DNA of 64,000 bases from Alkalispirochaeta sp. Its GTDB lineage: Bacteria; Spirochaetota; Spirochaetia; DSM-27196; Alkalispirochaetaceae. Made by a program: the position numbers and the translations under genes. The DNA is taken from assembly GCA_965242725.1 (NCBI GenBank), contig CBDESZ010000027.1, positions 1-64,000 of the forward strand, given 5' to 3'. The notes beneath the pieces are model-generated. The model saw nothing but the letters and a program-made list of their open reading frames with translations, had not been told where the DNA came from and searched no databases. Shown in pieces: positions 32,189 to 41,776 of the stretch (position 1 is the stretch's first letter; each line of letters starts with the position of its first letter).

Positions 32189-33844
32189 CTGCCTCGCCGC
32201 CGCAGGCGGCGAGGCCCTCCAACCGCCGGATGAGATGGTACATCGCGATTGTGTCCACGGCACAATATGCGACGATCTCATCCTCCGTCGGGAGGGGTGC
32301 AACCAGGTTCGGGCACATCGTTTCCACCAGTTCCGTCACCCCTTCGGCGGCAACGGCGCCGGCCGTAATTGAGTCTTTTCCGCCTGCGGCGACAATGTAT
32401 CTGTCCATTCGCCGTATCAACCCGAGGTTGGCGTGCATACCATCCTGTACCGTTTCGTCCTGGTATCCCGGTACATCCGTAAATGCGGGGAGCACGCGCT
32501 TGAGCGATACCTTGCCCCACTGGTCGGGGTGATACACCATGAAATCCGCGAAGGGTTCGAGCAGATCGACCATCCGGCGAACTATTGATTCCCCCATCGC
32601 TCTCTTACCGGCAACTCCCGCCAGCTGACGCACCATGGCGGACTCAAAGGGTCTGCTGAAGACGACGATCGATCCGCTCTCTCCCATCGTCCTGAACAAG
32701 CCAGTTGAAGAACCTCATGCGGTCGTCAACGCCGTTTGCCGCGATATATGAACGCTGTTCCGGAAAGGAATCGCGGTCCCGCTGGACGTGTATCGAAGCA
32801 ACCACGGGGGTGTGACCGTAGGGATTCAGAAGGGGGAAATACGGGACGGACGTTGCAAAGGCTTCAAAATCGAGGTAGAAGACGGGAAATTCAATACGCT
32901 GCAGGAAACCGGCGAGTCTCGTCTGGTCGACAAAAATCCGATCTTCCAGGACCGATGACACCTGAATTCTGTGTTTATCCGTCAGCGCGGTGACATCCTG
33001 CGGAATGTCACGCAGATCCCGTATGTTTCTCCTGGCGAGTTCTTTTGACCGCTTCGCCCCCTTTGTGAAGTGTCCGGATATTGAAGCGTTGGTCCCGGAT
33101 ATCACCGCCGGAAACACGGGGCTCACAAAGGCTGCACCGTTGCGCACATTTGTATCGCCTCTCAATTTCCGTTTCTCCGCCGGCGACGGAAAGAAGCTCC
33201 TCAAGTTCAAATCCCACCCGTTCCGTGTCTCTCCGGGAACGCTTGAGAATATTGCTTTCCACATAGAGCTGCTCCATCGACGTCGCGTCGAGGTCATCGA
33301 CCGTCGCGTTTTTTCTGAGGTACCACAAATGGAGGCCGCCGAGGGGAATATCACCCATATCGGCTGCCCGGACAATCAGGGCGCCTTCGGTGTAATAGAC
33401 GCCGCGGATTCCCGTAGCCGGACGAAAGAGGGAAAACTCCCATGCGTCGATTTTCGTGTGATATACGCCGTGGTCTATGACCACAACTCCGGGATCGGCG
33501 AGTAACAACCCGTGCACAAACTCCCGGCGGTTCCGGATCGCATCCATCGTCGCCGCAACCCAGCGGAGCGTTTCATCACGGTTCAACACTGCTGCGGCGA
33601 CATCAACCGTCGGAGGACCCGCATCGGTCCCGCGTGACCGGGCATGTACATTTTCCGCATGGGGAGCGACGCGATAGACCGATTCGGCAACAACCCGTGC
33701 CGTTTCGCGCAGCGCCGCCTCGCCCGTCATCTCCACGGGAAATGCCGGCTTCCGGGCAGTTCTATCCCCTTCGGGCTGACAGGTATCAATCCACTGTCGG
33801 CGGCAGCGGAGCCAGAGTGTGATGTCGGCGGGAGAAAAGAACAT
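32169..33844 (-). pseudogene. DUF2779-domain protein, interrupted by two frameshifts (real or assembly error)
   Basis: Three consecutive overlapping ORFs join into one protein: MFFSPADITLWLRCRRQW..., ...FYLDFEAF...P...PY..., ...SLKRVLPAF...YCAVDTIAMY; breaks near 33045 and 32695. Confidence 0.75.
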
Positions 33845-33848
33845 TCGC

Positions 33849-35072
33849 CTACTCAAAGGAACATAACGAAAATGTGTCGATCGCGATTTGCAGCTCCTCA
33901 TTTGTCGGCTCGACAATGATCGTCGTCGGAGAATAGTCGCGCGAAATGATTCCTTCCCGGGGTCCGTTTTCAAGGTTCTTGCGGTCGTCCATGACTATAC
34001 CCAGGTTTTCCAGGCGATTACAGATCCGCTCACGCATCCGCGTACCGAACTGACCGATCCCGCCGGTAAAAACAAGAATATCCACTTTCACGAGGTTTGC
34101 CGCGTAGGAACCGATGTACTTCCGGACACGATAGGCGTACACGTCAAGCGCATCGATGGCATTCCGGTCTCCGCGCTCTGCCGCGTCCTCGAGGTCCCGA
34201 AGGTCATTTGATTTTTCCGAGAGTCCGAGGAGCCCGCTTTCCTTGTTGAGCATTCGGTTGAGTTGCTCCGCAGTAAATCCCCGCTCCAGGAGGTAGAAGA
34301 TAATCGCCGGGTCAAGATCTCCGCTGCGAGTGCCCATCATCAGCCCTTCCAGCGGCGTGAAGCCCATGGATGTATCCACGGATTTTCCGTTTTGAATCGC
34401 CGTTATGGACGCTCCGTTCCCGAGATGACAGGAAATTACGTTTGTATTTTCCGGTGATCGCTTGGCGAACGCGACGGCCTGATTGGCTACATACCGGTGA
34501 GACGTGCCGTGAAACCCGTATCGTCGGATTTTATACTTTTCATAGAGCTCCCGGGGCAGACCGTAGAGGTACGCGGCGGGCGTCAGGGTCTGGTGAAACG
34601 CGGTATCGAAAACTGCAACCTGGGTCCGGTCGGGAAAGAGCTCCCGGGCCTCGACAATACCGGTGAGGTTTGCCGGGTTATGGAGAGGTGCAAGCTCGAT
34701 GTTTTCTTCAATTGCATGAATGACTTCGTCGTCGATAACCACCGACTCGGCATACTTCTCACCGCCGTGAACGACCCGATGCCCGATACCGGCGATCTCG
34801 TCCAGACCGTCGATGATGCCGTTTTGTTCGTCCGTCAAGGATTCGGTCATGAGACCCAGCGCCTCTTTATGATTTTTAGCGGGGCGTTTGACATCCATGG
34901 AGCCGTTCCATCCCGACTGATGCAGAATTGTCGCGTCCTGCCCGATCCGTTCCACCACCCCCCGTCCGAGACTTTCCCGGGCAGGCATGTTGTAGACCTC
35001 GTACTTCAGGGAGGAGCTGCCGCTGTTTATGACCAGGATCTTGTGGCCGGAATGCCGTGTTCGCTTGGGCAT
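33849..35072 (-). CDS. ackA: Acetate kinase
   Basis: VINSGSSSLK, GHRVVHGG, APLHN, FDTAFH, HLGNGAS, TNEEL. Confidence 0.97.
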   Translation of the reverse strand: MPKRTRHSGHKILVINSGSSSLKYEVYNMPARESLGRGVVERIGQDATILHQSGWNGSMDVKRPAKNHKEALGLMTESLTDEQNGIIDGLDEIAGIGHRVVHGGEKYAESVVIDDEVIHAIEENIELAPLHNPANLTGIVEARELFPDRTQVAVFDTAFHQTLTPAAYLYGLPRELYEKYKIRRYGFHGTSHRYVANQAVAFAKRSPENTNVISCHLGNGASITAIQNGKSVDTSMGFTPLEGLMMGTRSGDLDPAIIFYLLERGFTAEQLNRMLNKESGLLGLSEKSNDLRDLEDAAERGDRNAIDALDVYAYRVRKYIGSYAANLVKVDILVFTGGIGQFGTRMRERICNRLENLGIVMDDRKNLENGPREGIISRDYSPTTIIVEPTNEELQIAIDTFSLCSFE

Positions 35073-35097
35073 GATAATTCCTTTCTCCGGGGAAAAA

Positions 35098-35877
35098 TTA
35101 CTCTGCGGTCTCCGTTGCTTCCGCAACGGCGAGTGCGGTTACCCCTAAATTATGTATGGTATCCAGATCCTCCGGATCAAGTGCGTGCGCCTGGAGGAAG
35201 TCATCGAGGGCCGCCCTGAAACGTCCAAGGCGGTACCGAATCAATCCGCGATTGTAATACCCTTCAACCATCATGTCGTTCCTGCGGAGTGCTTCGGTGA
35301 GAGCCTCATCCGCGGCCGTCAGGTTACCCTGCTCGTCGTATAACGTGGAAAGGTGAAAGAGTGGTTCCCCGAAGGACTGATCGACCTCGGAGGCTCGCAA
35401 TAAATACTCTTCCGCAGCCGCATTCCGACCGAGGCGCATTTCCGTGAGACCGAGATTATTCAATGTCTGACTGTCCCGGGAATCGATATCGATGGCTTTT
35501 CGATACTCTTCCGATGCGACGTCAAGATCACCCCGGTAAAAGTATGCATTCCCCCGATTGTAATAGAGCGCGACGGTGCGTAGTCCCGCCTCTTCGGCGC
35601 GGGAAAACTGGATGATCGCCTTATCGTATTCTTCAAGTTCGAGATGGATAGTCCCTCGATTGTACGCTACCTCGCCGTCGCCGGGAGCGATCTCCTCCAT
35701 CATCTCATAGAGAGAAAGGGCGTCTTCAAACGCTCCGTTTTCAAGGGCTTCACCTGCCCGTGTCTGCAGATCGTTGAACCGCTCCTGTGACGAAGAAGCG
35801 GTCTCCTGAGCGGATATCGAGGCGATACTAATCAATGCAACAGTGGAAAACAGTATGAAACGACGAAATTTCCCCAT
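35098..35877 (-). CDS. Exported tetratricopeptide repeat protein
   Basis: Signal peptide; repeated YNRG...A TPR units. Confidence 0.85.
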   Translation of the reverse strand: MGKFRRFILFSTVALISIASISAQETASSSQERFNDLQTRAGEALENGAFEDALSLYEMMEEIAPGDGEVAYNRGTIHLELEEYDKAIIQFSRAEEAGLRTVALYYNRGNAYFYRGDLDVASEEYRKAIDIDSRDSQTLNNLGLTEMRLGRNAAAEEYLLRASEVDQSFGEPLFHLSTLYDEQGNLTAADEALTEALRRNDMMVEGYYNRGLIRYRLGRFRAALDDFLQAHALDPEDLDTIHNLGVTALAVAEATETAE

Positions 35878-35918
35878 GGGTAAATTGTATCGGTTCAACC
35901 GACCATTCGTCTATGACA

Positions 35919-36353
35919 TTATTTTAGCGCCATGGAAACGCGTTCAAGGACTTTTTTTCTGTCAAGGGGTTTCACGATATAGTTTTTTGCGCCGATCATC
36001 AGCGAGTTTTTTACCAGATCGTTCTTTCCGAGGGCGCTTATCATGACGACCCTGGCCGCCTTGTCAAATTCAATGATCTTCTGGAGCGCGGTAACGCCGT
36101 CCATCTTCGGCATGGTGATGTCCATTGTCACCATATCGACGTTGGGATGGAGTTCCTTGTATTTTTCAACACCTTCTTCCCCGTTTGAAGCGGTGGCCGC
36201 TATCTCAAATCCGGCGGACGTGAGTATTTGCCCGAGTTGTTTTGCAACAAACATCGAGTCGTCAACCACAAGCACACGATAGGGAGATCCGTCAGGTTTC
36301 AGCCCCTCCGGGGCTTTCTCATTCAAATTGGGAAAGTCGCCTTTGCTCTTCAT
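35919..36353 (-). CDS. cheY: Chemotaxis response regulator CheY
   Basis: VVDDS, MDITMPKMDG, ISALG, YIVKP; spirochaete-type N-terminal extension; SD AAGGAG. Confidence 0.9.
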   Translation of the reverse strand: MKSKGDFPNLNEKAPEGLKPDGSPYRVLVVDDSMFVAKQLGQILTSAGFEIAATASNGEEGVEKYKELHPNVDMVTMDITMPKMDGVTALQKIIEFDKAARVVMISALGKNDLVKNSLMIGAKNYIVKPLDRKKVLERVSMALK

Positions 36354-36388
36354 GGACCTGCGCTCCTTTAAGACATTGTATACCGAAA

Positions 36389-36416
36389 ATATCGGCAGAT
36401 TTCAACACTACCTTTC
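36389..36416 (-). promoter_or_regulatory. Putative sigma28 promoter of cheY
   Basis: GAAA-N16-GCCGATAT. Confidence 0.55.
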
Positions 36417-36532
36417 AAGGAACGGGTCCCACGATTTTTAATTTTCTTTTTTGAATGTTGATTCGGCCGGTATTCGAGGAGGAACGTATTTTTAATTTGT
36501 TTTTTACATCGTTTTTTCGACGGAAATGTTAA

Positions 36533-36549
36533 TGCATAATCCGTGCCAA
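36533..36549 (-). promoter_or_regulatory. Putative sigma54 (-24/-12) promoter
   Basis: TTGGCACGGATTATGCA with exact GG-N10-GC spacing; adjacent to a bEBP gene. Confidence 0.75.
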
Positions 36550-36715
36550 TTAGGCCATTTGATCTACAGAATTTCTTATGTATATATATGGTAAGCAATT
36601 ACCTCGGGAACACGGCAATGTCCAACTCTGTTTTCAACGAAACCGCTCCATGCAATGCGCATATATCATTCAATTTGCATGACCATCTATTCGAACTGCA
36701 TAGGCAGGACATCCA

Positions 36716-38134
36716 TTATTCCCGCATTCGCCTGCTTATCGTTGACTGGGATACGCCGAGCAGTTTTGCCGCCGCCGACTGATTGTTGCCCGTCCGGACC
36801 AGAGCTTCCTGAATAAGGTATCGCTCCACCTCTTCCAGTCGGGGGAAAGGACCCGTCCATGACAGCCTCCCTGTCTCCTCCTGGGCAGGGGGCTTTTCGT
36901 CCCCCCCTTCGCCTCCGTGACGTTCAAAAAAACGGTTAACCGAATCCACCGACAGTTCTCCGTCGGCGCTCCGGCTTACGGCGTCGACGATGAGGGCCTG
37001 CATTTCTCTGATATTACCGGGAAACTGGTAGCGCTTCAGGAGGTTTATGATTTCATCGCCGACGTGAGGTCGGGAGACGCCGAAGGTATCCGCCGCTTCC
37101 CGGGCGAAATGTTCAACAAGGAGAGGGATGTCTTCCGCACGCTCCCGCAAGGGAGGAAGATGGACGAGGTGGGAAATAAGGCGGTAATAGAGGTCCCTCC
37201 TGAAATCGCCGCGACGCTGTTTTTCCAGCAGATCGGCATTGGTTGCCGCAATGACGCGAATGTTTGTGTGTATGGGCTCATCACTCCCGAGGGGATAATA
37301 CTCCTCCTCCTGAAGGAGGCGCAGGAGTTTTATCTGACTTGCCGGTTCCAGATCTCCGATTTCGTCGAGGAAAAGAGTTCCTCCGTCGGCCTTCATAATG
37401 AGCCCGCCCCGTTCCCGCTCCGCTCCGGTAAATGCCCCTCGGCGATGGCCGAAGAGCGTATCCGAGAACAGGACGTCATCAAGGCCCGCGACATTTACCG
37501 GAACAAAGGTTCCACTCCTCCCGCTGAGACTGTGAAGGGCGCGGGCGAGAAGCTCCTTTCCCGTGCCGCTTTCTCCGGTGACCAGTACCGGTTTGGGGCT
37601 GGGAGCGATCGCTTCCACATATTGAAAGACTGCCATCATTTTCGGCGAGGCGGTGATAATTTCCTGAAATGCCGCGGCGTCCCTGGGGCCGCGTATTTTC
37701 TCAAACTCTTCCCCCAGAACATCGAGGCGACTTTCGAGATCACGGACCCGTACGGCGTGGCTTATTGCACTGCCCAGCCGGTTGTGATCCACCGGCTTTG
37801 TCATGTAGTCGAAAGCCCCGATGCGCATGCACTGAACCGCCGCATCGACGCTGTCGTGGACGGTAAGGACAATGACGGGAATCCGGGGGAATTCCTGGGA
37901 TAGCGTCTCCAGAACCTCCGTTCCCGACATACCGGGCATGAATAGGTCGAGGAGTACAACTGAAATCGGCCGACTTCGCACGACCTCCAGACCGTCGATA
38001 CCGTTACCGACGCTTACGATGTTTGTGTATCCGAGGGCCCGGACGTGGGTGCGAAGTATTTCCACAGCGACTTCGTCGTCGTCCACAATGAGAACCACCG
38101 GCACGGATTCTTCCATTTTCGCCATCTCCTGCAT
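36716..38134 (-). CDS. Sigma54-dependent response regulator (NtrC family)
   Basis: Receiver domain (VDDD, LDLFMP, KP), GESGTGKE, GAFTGA, FLDEIG, FPGNIRE, C-terminal HTH. Confidence 0.95.
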   Translation of the reverse strand: MQEMAKMEESVPVVLIVDDDEVAVEILRTHVRALGYTNIVSVGNGIDGLEVVRSRPISVVLLDLFMPGMSGTEVLETLSQEFPRIPVIVLTVHDSVDAAVQCMRIGAFDYMTKPVDHNRLGSAISHAVRVRDLESRLDVLGEEFEKIRGPRDAAAFQEIITASPKMMAVFQYVEAIAPSPKPVLVTGESGTGKELLARALHSLSGRSGTFVPVNVAGLDDVLFSDTLFGHRRGAFTGAERERGGLIMKADGGTLFLDEIGDLEPASQIKLLRLLQEEEYYPLGSDEPIHTNIRVIAATNADLLEKQRRGDFRRDLYYRLISHLVHLPPLRERAEDIPLLVEHFAREAADTFGVSRPHVGDEIINLLKRYQFPGNIREMQALIVDAVSRSADGELSVDSVNRFFERHGGEGGDEKPPAQEETGRLSWTGPFPRLEEVERYLIQEALVRTGNNQSAAAKLLGVSQSTISRRMRE

Positions 38135-38146
38135 ATCTTTAATAAT

Positions 38147-39553
38147 ATGGGCTCAATCGAACGCGTCAAATACCTGAACCGGAAGATCTCTGGAACGGAC
38201 GGTCCCGTCATCTACTGGATGCAGGCGAGTGTGCGGACCGCCTATAACCACGCCCTCGAGTATGCCGTCGGGCAGGCACACGCCAACGGCCATTCCCTCC
38301 ATGTGGTCTTCTGTCTCACTCCCACCTACCCCGGGGCCAATCTGCGGCATTACTGGTTTCTCATCGAAGGTCTTCGGGATGTGGCGGACGGTCTGTCAAA
38401 ACGGAACATCCCTTTCACCGTCTGGCTTGGCGAGCCGGAGAACATGGCGTCCGCCCTCAAGGGAAAGGCGTCTATGATCGTTGCGGACCGCGGATATTTA
38501 CGTCATCAGCGGAAGTGGGCCGCAACCATCGCCGCCAAGGCCGACTGCCCGGTCATTCAGGTGGAGTCGAATGTCGTCGTTCCGGTGGAAACGGCAAGTA
38601 CAAAGGAGGAGTACTCCGCCGCGACGATCCGTCCGAAAATCGTACGTCACCGCGAGTCGGCACTTCAACCGATGAAACAGCGCGTATTTGAAGGTCCCGC
38701 CCATTCCGTCCTTTCGCCCAACCGGGACGGACACATGACACCCGTAGATGTGAAGACTCTTGCACAACCCGACGATCTGTCTTCACTGTGTTCCCTTGAA
38801 GCGAGCGTCGGACCCAGTCAGCTCTTTCGCGGAGGCGAAAACGAAGCGCACACGCTTCTGGACGACTTTCTCCGCAACCGACTCGCCGATTACGGGCGCC
38901 TTCGCAACGTACCTGATGAGAACTGCCTCTCCCATTTGAGTCCCTTCCTTCATTTCGGCCATATTTCGCCTATCGAAATTGCATTGCAGGCTATGGAATA
39001 TGGCGAAAACGCCCTGGATCCGTCACGGCGGGACGGTATCGATGTGCTCCTTGAAGAACTCATCGTCAGACGGGAGCTTGCGATCAATTACGTTCACTTT
39101 AATCCGGACTATGACCGATACACGGCGCTTCCGGGATGGGCACAACAGACACTTGAGGAACATAGAACCGACCCCCGTCCTTACCGATACGGAATGGAGC
39201 AACTGACCGCCGGAGAAACCGATGACCCCTACTGGAACGCCTGTCAGCGGGAGATGGTATCAACCGGTAAGATGCACGGCTACATGCGCATGTATTGGGG
39301 TAAAAAAGTGCTGGAATGGACGGACGATCCGGAAGAGGCATTTTCACGGCTGCTGACCCTTAACGACCGGTACGAGCTGGACGGAAGGGACCCCAACGGC
39401 TATGCAGGGGTGGCGTGGATATTTGGAAAACACGACAGACCGTGGGCAGAGCGACCCGTCTTCGGCAAAGTGCGGTACATGAACGCCAACGGCCTGCGGC
39501 GAAAGTTCAAGAATATTCAGGACTATGTCGACCGGTGGACCGGTACGACATAG
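38147..39553 (+). CDS. phrB: Deoxyribodipyrimidine photolyase, class II
   Basis: VIYWM, NHALEYA, SHLSPFLHFGHIS, EELIVRRELA, GKMHGYMRMYW, DGRDPNGY, FGKVRYMN. Confidence 0.93.
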   Translation: MGSIERVKYLNRKISGTDGPVIYWMQASVRTAYNHALEYAVGQAHANGHSLHVVFCLTPTYPGANLRHYWFLIEGLRDVADGLSKRNIPFTVWLGEPENMASALKGKASMIVADRGYLRHQRKWAATIAAKADCPVIQVESNVVVPVETASTKEEYSAATIRPKIVRHRESALQPMKQRVFEGPAHSVLSPNRDGHMTPVDVKTLAQPDDLSSLCSLEASVGPSQLFRGGENEAHTLLDDFLRNRLADYGRLRNVPDENCLSHLSPFLHFGHISPIEIALQAMEYGENALDPSRRDGIDVLLEELIVRRELAINYVHFNPDYDRYTALPGWAQQTLEEHRTDPRPYRYGMEQLTAGETDDPYWNACQREMVSTGKMHGYMRMYWGKKVLEWTDDPEEAFSRLLTLNDRYELDGRDPNGYAGVAWIFGKHDRPWAERPVFGKVRYMNANGLRRKFKNIQDYVDRWTGTT

Positions 39554-39561
39554 CCGCAGCA

Positions 39562-41733
39562 TCAATACTCTTCAAAGTCCGTATCAAAATCATCGGAGCT
39601 TTTTGGATCCAGATCGAGAGATATTCCGGAACCGCCTCCCTCGGCGAGGGTAATCCCCGTCTCTTTTCTTTTCTGTGATTCACCTGCCCGTCCGGTCTTG
39701 GTGCGGGCCCTTTGCTGGTCCGCCGTCTGACCGCCGTTCCTGGAACCGGAGGTTGAGGCCTCTCTGGGGATATCTCTTTTCTTCGTCACCGAGGCGGTCC
39801 CGCCCGGCGCCGGGAGATACTGTCGACGTACGGTACGAGTTTGTCCGCTTCCACCGTCATCGAGCTTGAAAAACTGTATGGCCCGTTGCAGCTGCTCCGC
39901 CTGGCCGCTGAGTTCTTCCGACATGGATGCCATTTCCTCGGAGGCACTTGCATTCCGCTGTATCACTGTGTCCAGCTGAATGATTGCCGAGTTGATCTGC
40001 TCTGCCCCGCTGTTCTGCTCATTACTGGCGGCGGAGATCTCCTGTACCAATTCGGCAGTCTTTTTTATGTCAGGGACGATGTGTTCAAGCATTTCGCCCG
40101 CCCGTTCCGCGACGGCGACGGACCTCGCCGACAGTTCGCTGATCTCCCCGGCGGCGTTCTGGCTGCGTTCCGCCAGTTTCCGTACTTCACTCGCCACGAC
40201 GGCAAATCCCTTGCCGGCTTCGCCTGCCCTGGCGGCTTCGATCGCCGCATTCAGGGCAAGAAGATTCGTCTGCCCCGCGATTTCCTCAATAATTGAAATC
40301 TTTTCCGCAATCTCCTTCATTGCGCTCACCGTTTCTCTCACCGCCTCACCGCCTTCTTCCGCATCCCTGGCGCTCTTCTGGGAAATCTTATCGGTCTGCA
40401 TCGCGTTGTCCGCATTCTGTCTGATATTGGAGCTCATCTCCTCCATGCTGCTGGAAACCTCTTCCGCGCTCGCCGCCTGTTCCGTCGCCCCTTCACTCAT
40501 TTGCTGCGCCGACTGACTGAGCTGCTCCGAGCCGTATGTTACGTTTTCCGAGGCGGAACGAATATCCTGAACGATCTCACGGAGCCGGAAGGACATATTC
40601 TTCAGCGCCGCAGCGAGGTCACCAATCTCGTCTTTCTGGTCCACATCAAGGGTGGCATTCAGGTTTCCCCTGCTGAGTTCCGTCGCAAAGGTGACACCCC
40701 TTCTCAGAGCTCCGGTAATGGCGCGGGTAATTACAATTGCGACGCCGATCGCGAAGAGAATTGCGACAACAATACCCACGATAACGGCGCTTACCGAACC
40801 GTTGACGATGTTGACTACGTCAGCGGCGACCTGTTGCGTACCTTCGATTCCCGCGATTGCCGTCGCCTCTGCTGCGGAGAGCACTTCATCTGCGGCGGCG
40901 TTACGTTCCCGATTCAAACGCAGTAATTCCGAGTAATTTTCCAATATGGTGCCGACAGCGGCTTCATAGGACCGAGCACTCTCTTCCATACGATTGAGCG
41001 GTTCTAGATCTACCTGCAATCTGGTAATCGCCCGAATCTCCGTTATCATTTCAGGGACGCGGTCGAGGGCGTCGATCGTATCCTGCAGTCCATCGGTGTC
41101 CATGAGCAGCTGTGACCGGAAGTTAGAAACCCTCGCCTCATTCGCCACCTTAAGAATTGCATTAATCTGATTGATTTTGGAGATACGCTCGCCCAGCTCC
41201 GCGTCGGACGCCTCTGCAGCAAGTTCGTTCTGAAACTGATTGTTCTGACTGGCCAGGAGAGTTTCAAGTTCCGTGACAAACGCCGCGGCAGCACGATCGT
41301 TTTGCTCCCTTGCCGCGAGAATGGCATCGATGACCGATTTGGTTTGCGACGATAGTTGCTGGTATCTCGAGACGGCATCTTTGGCCGTCGTCACTTGTCG
41401 GCCAAGCACCTCAAGCTCTTCATATCGATTTGAGAGCGCCTCGGCCTCACTCAGGTTGGCATTTACTTCATTCAGATTCTCCATGCCGTTTCTGTAGTAT
41501 GTCTCGTCGAATGTAAGCGAGTATCCCCGCATGGCGTACATCGTTTGGAGGGAGTTTCTCTCCAGTTCATTCACGATTTCAACTTCCGCGACATATTGAT
41601 CCTGCAACCTGTTTGCGCCGTTTTGTATCCGTAGAAGATTGAAGACCGCGACACCCCCTACTGCAACAAGCAGTACGATGAGCAGACCGAATCCAAGCAT
41701 CATTTTTAGCGCCATTTTCAGGTTTTTAAGCAT
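39562..41733 (-). CDS. Methyl-accepting chemotaxis protein
   Basis: Two TM helices, large periplasmic domain, HAMP (DEIG), [19 protein letters not shown]-terminal DFEEY. Confidence 0.96.
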   Translation of the reverse strand: MLKNLKMALKMMLGFGLLIVLLVAVGGVAVFNLLRIQNGANRLQDQYVAEVEIVNELERNSLQTMYAMRGYSLTFDETYYRNGMENLNEVNANLSEAEALSNRYEELEVLGRQVTTAKDAVSRYQQLSSQTKSVIDAILAAREQNDRAAAAFVTELETLLASQNNQFQNELAAEASDAELGERISKINQINAILKVANEARVSNFRSQLLMDTDGLQDTIDALDRVPEMITEIRAITRLQVDLEPLNRMEESARSYEAAVGTILENYSELLRLNRERNAAADEVLSAAEATAIAGIEGTQQVAADVVNIVNGSVSAVIVGIVVAILFAIGVAIVITRAITGALRRGVTFATELSRGNLNATLDVDQKDEIGDLAAALKNMSFRLREIVQDIRSASENVTYGSEQLSQSAQQMSEGATEQAASAEEVSSSMEEMSSNIRQNADNAMQTDKISQKSARDAEEGGEAVRETVSAMKEIAEKISIIEEIAGQTNLLALNAAIEAARAGEAGKGFAVVASEVRKLAERSQNAAGEISELSARSVAVAERAGEMLEHIVPDIKKTAELVQEISAASNEQNSGAEQINSAIIQLDTVIQRNASASEEMASMSEELSGQAEQLQRAIQFFKLDDGGSGQTRTVRRQYLPAPGGTASVTKKRDIPREASTSGSRNGGQTADQQRARTKTGRAGESQKRKETGITLAEGGGSGISLDLDPKSSDDFDTDFEEY

Positions 41734-41776
41734 GAGAGCCTCCGTTGAAAAAATCGACTATATTCGAAATGGTAAG

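Noticed and set aside
32169..33844. DUF2779 gene as part of a CRISPR or defence island
   Set aside because: Flanked by fadD and ackA, with no cas genes, array or compositional shift
36368..36782. Small ORFs 36368-36598 (-) and 36543-36782 (+) in the AT-rich gap
   Set aside because: No SD, atypical composition, and they overlap promoter elements
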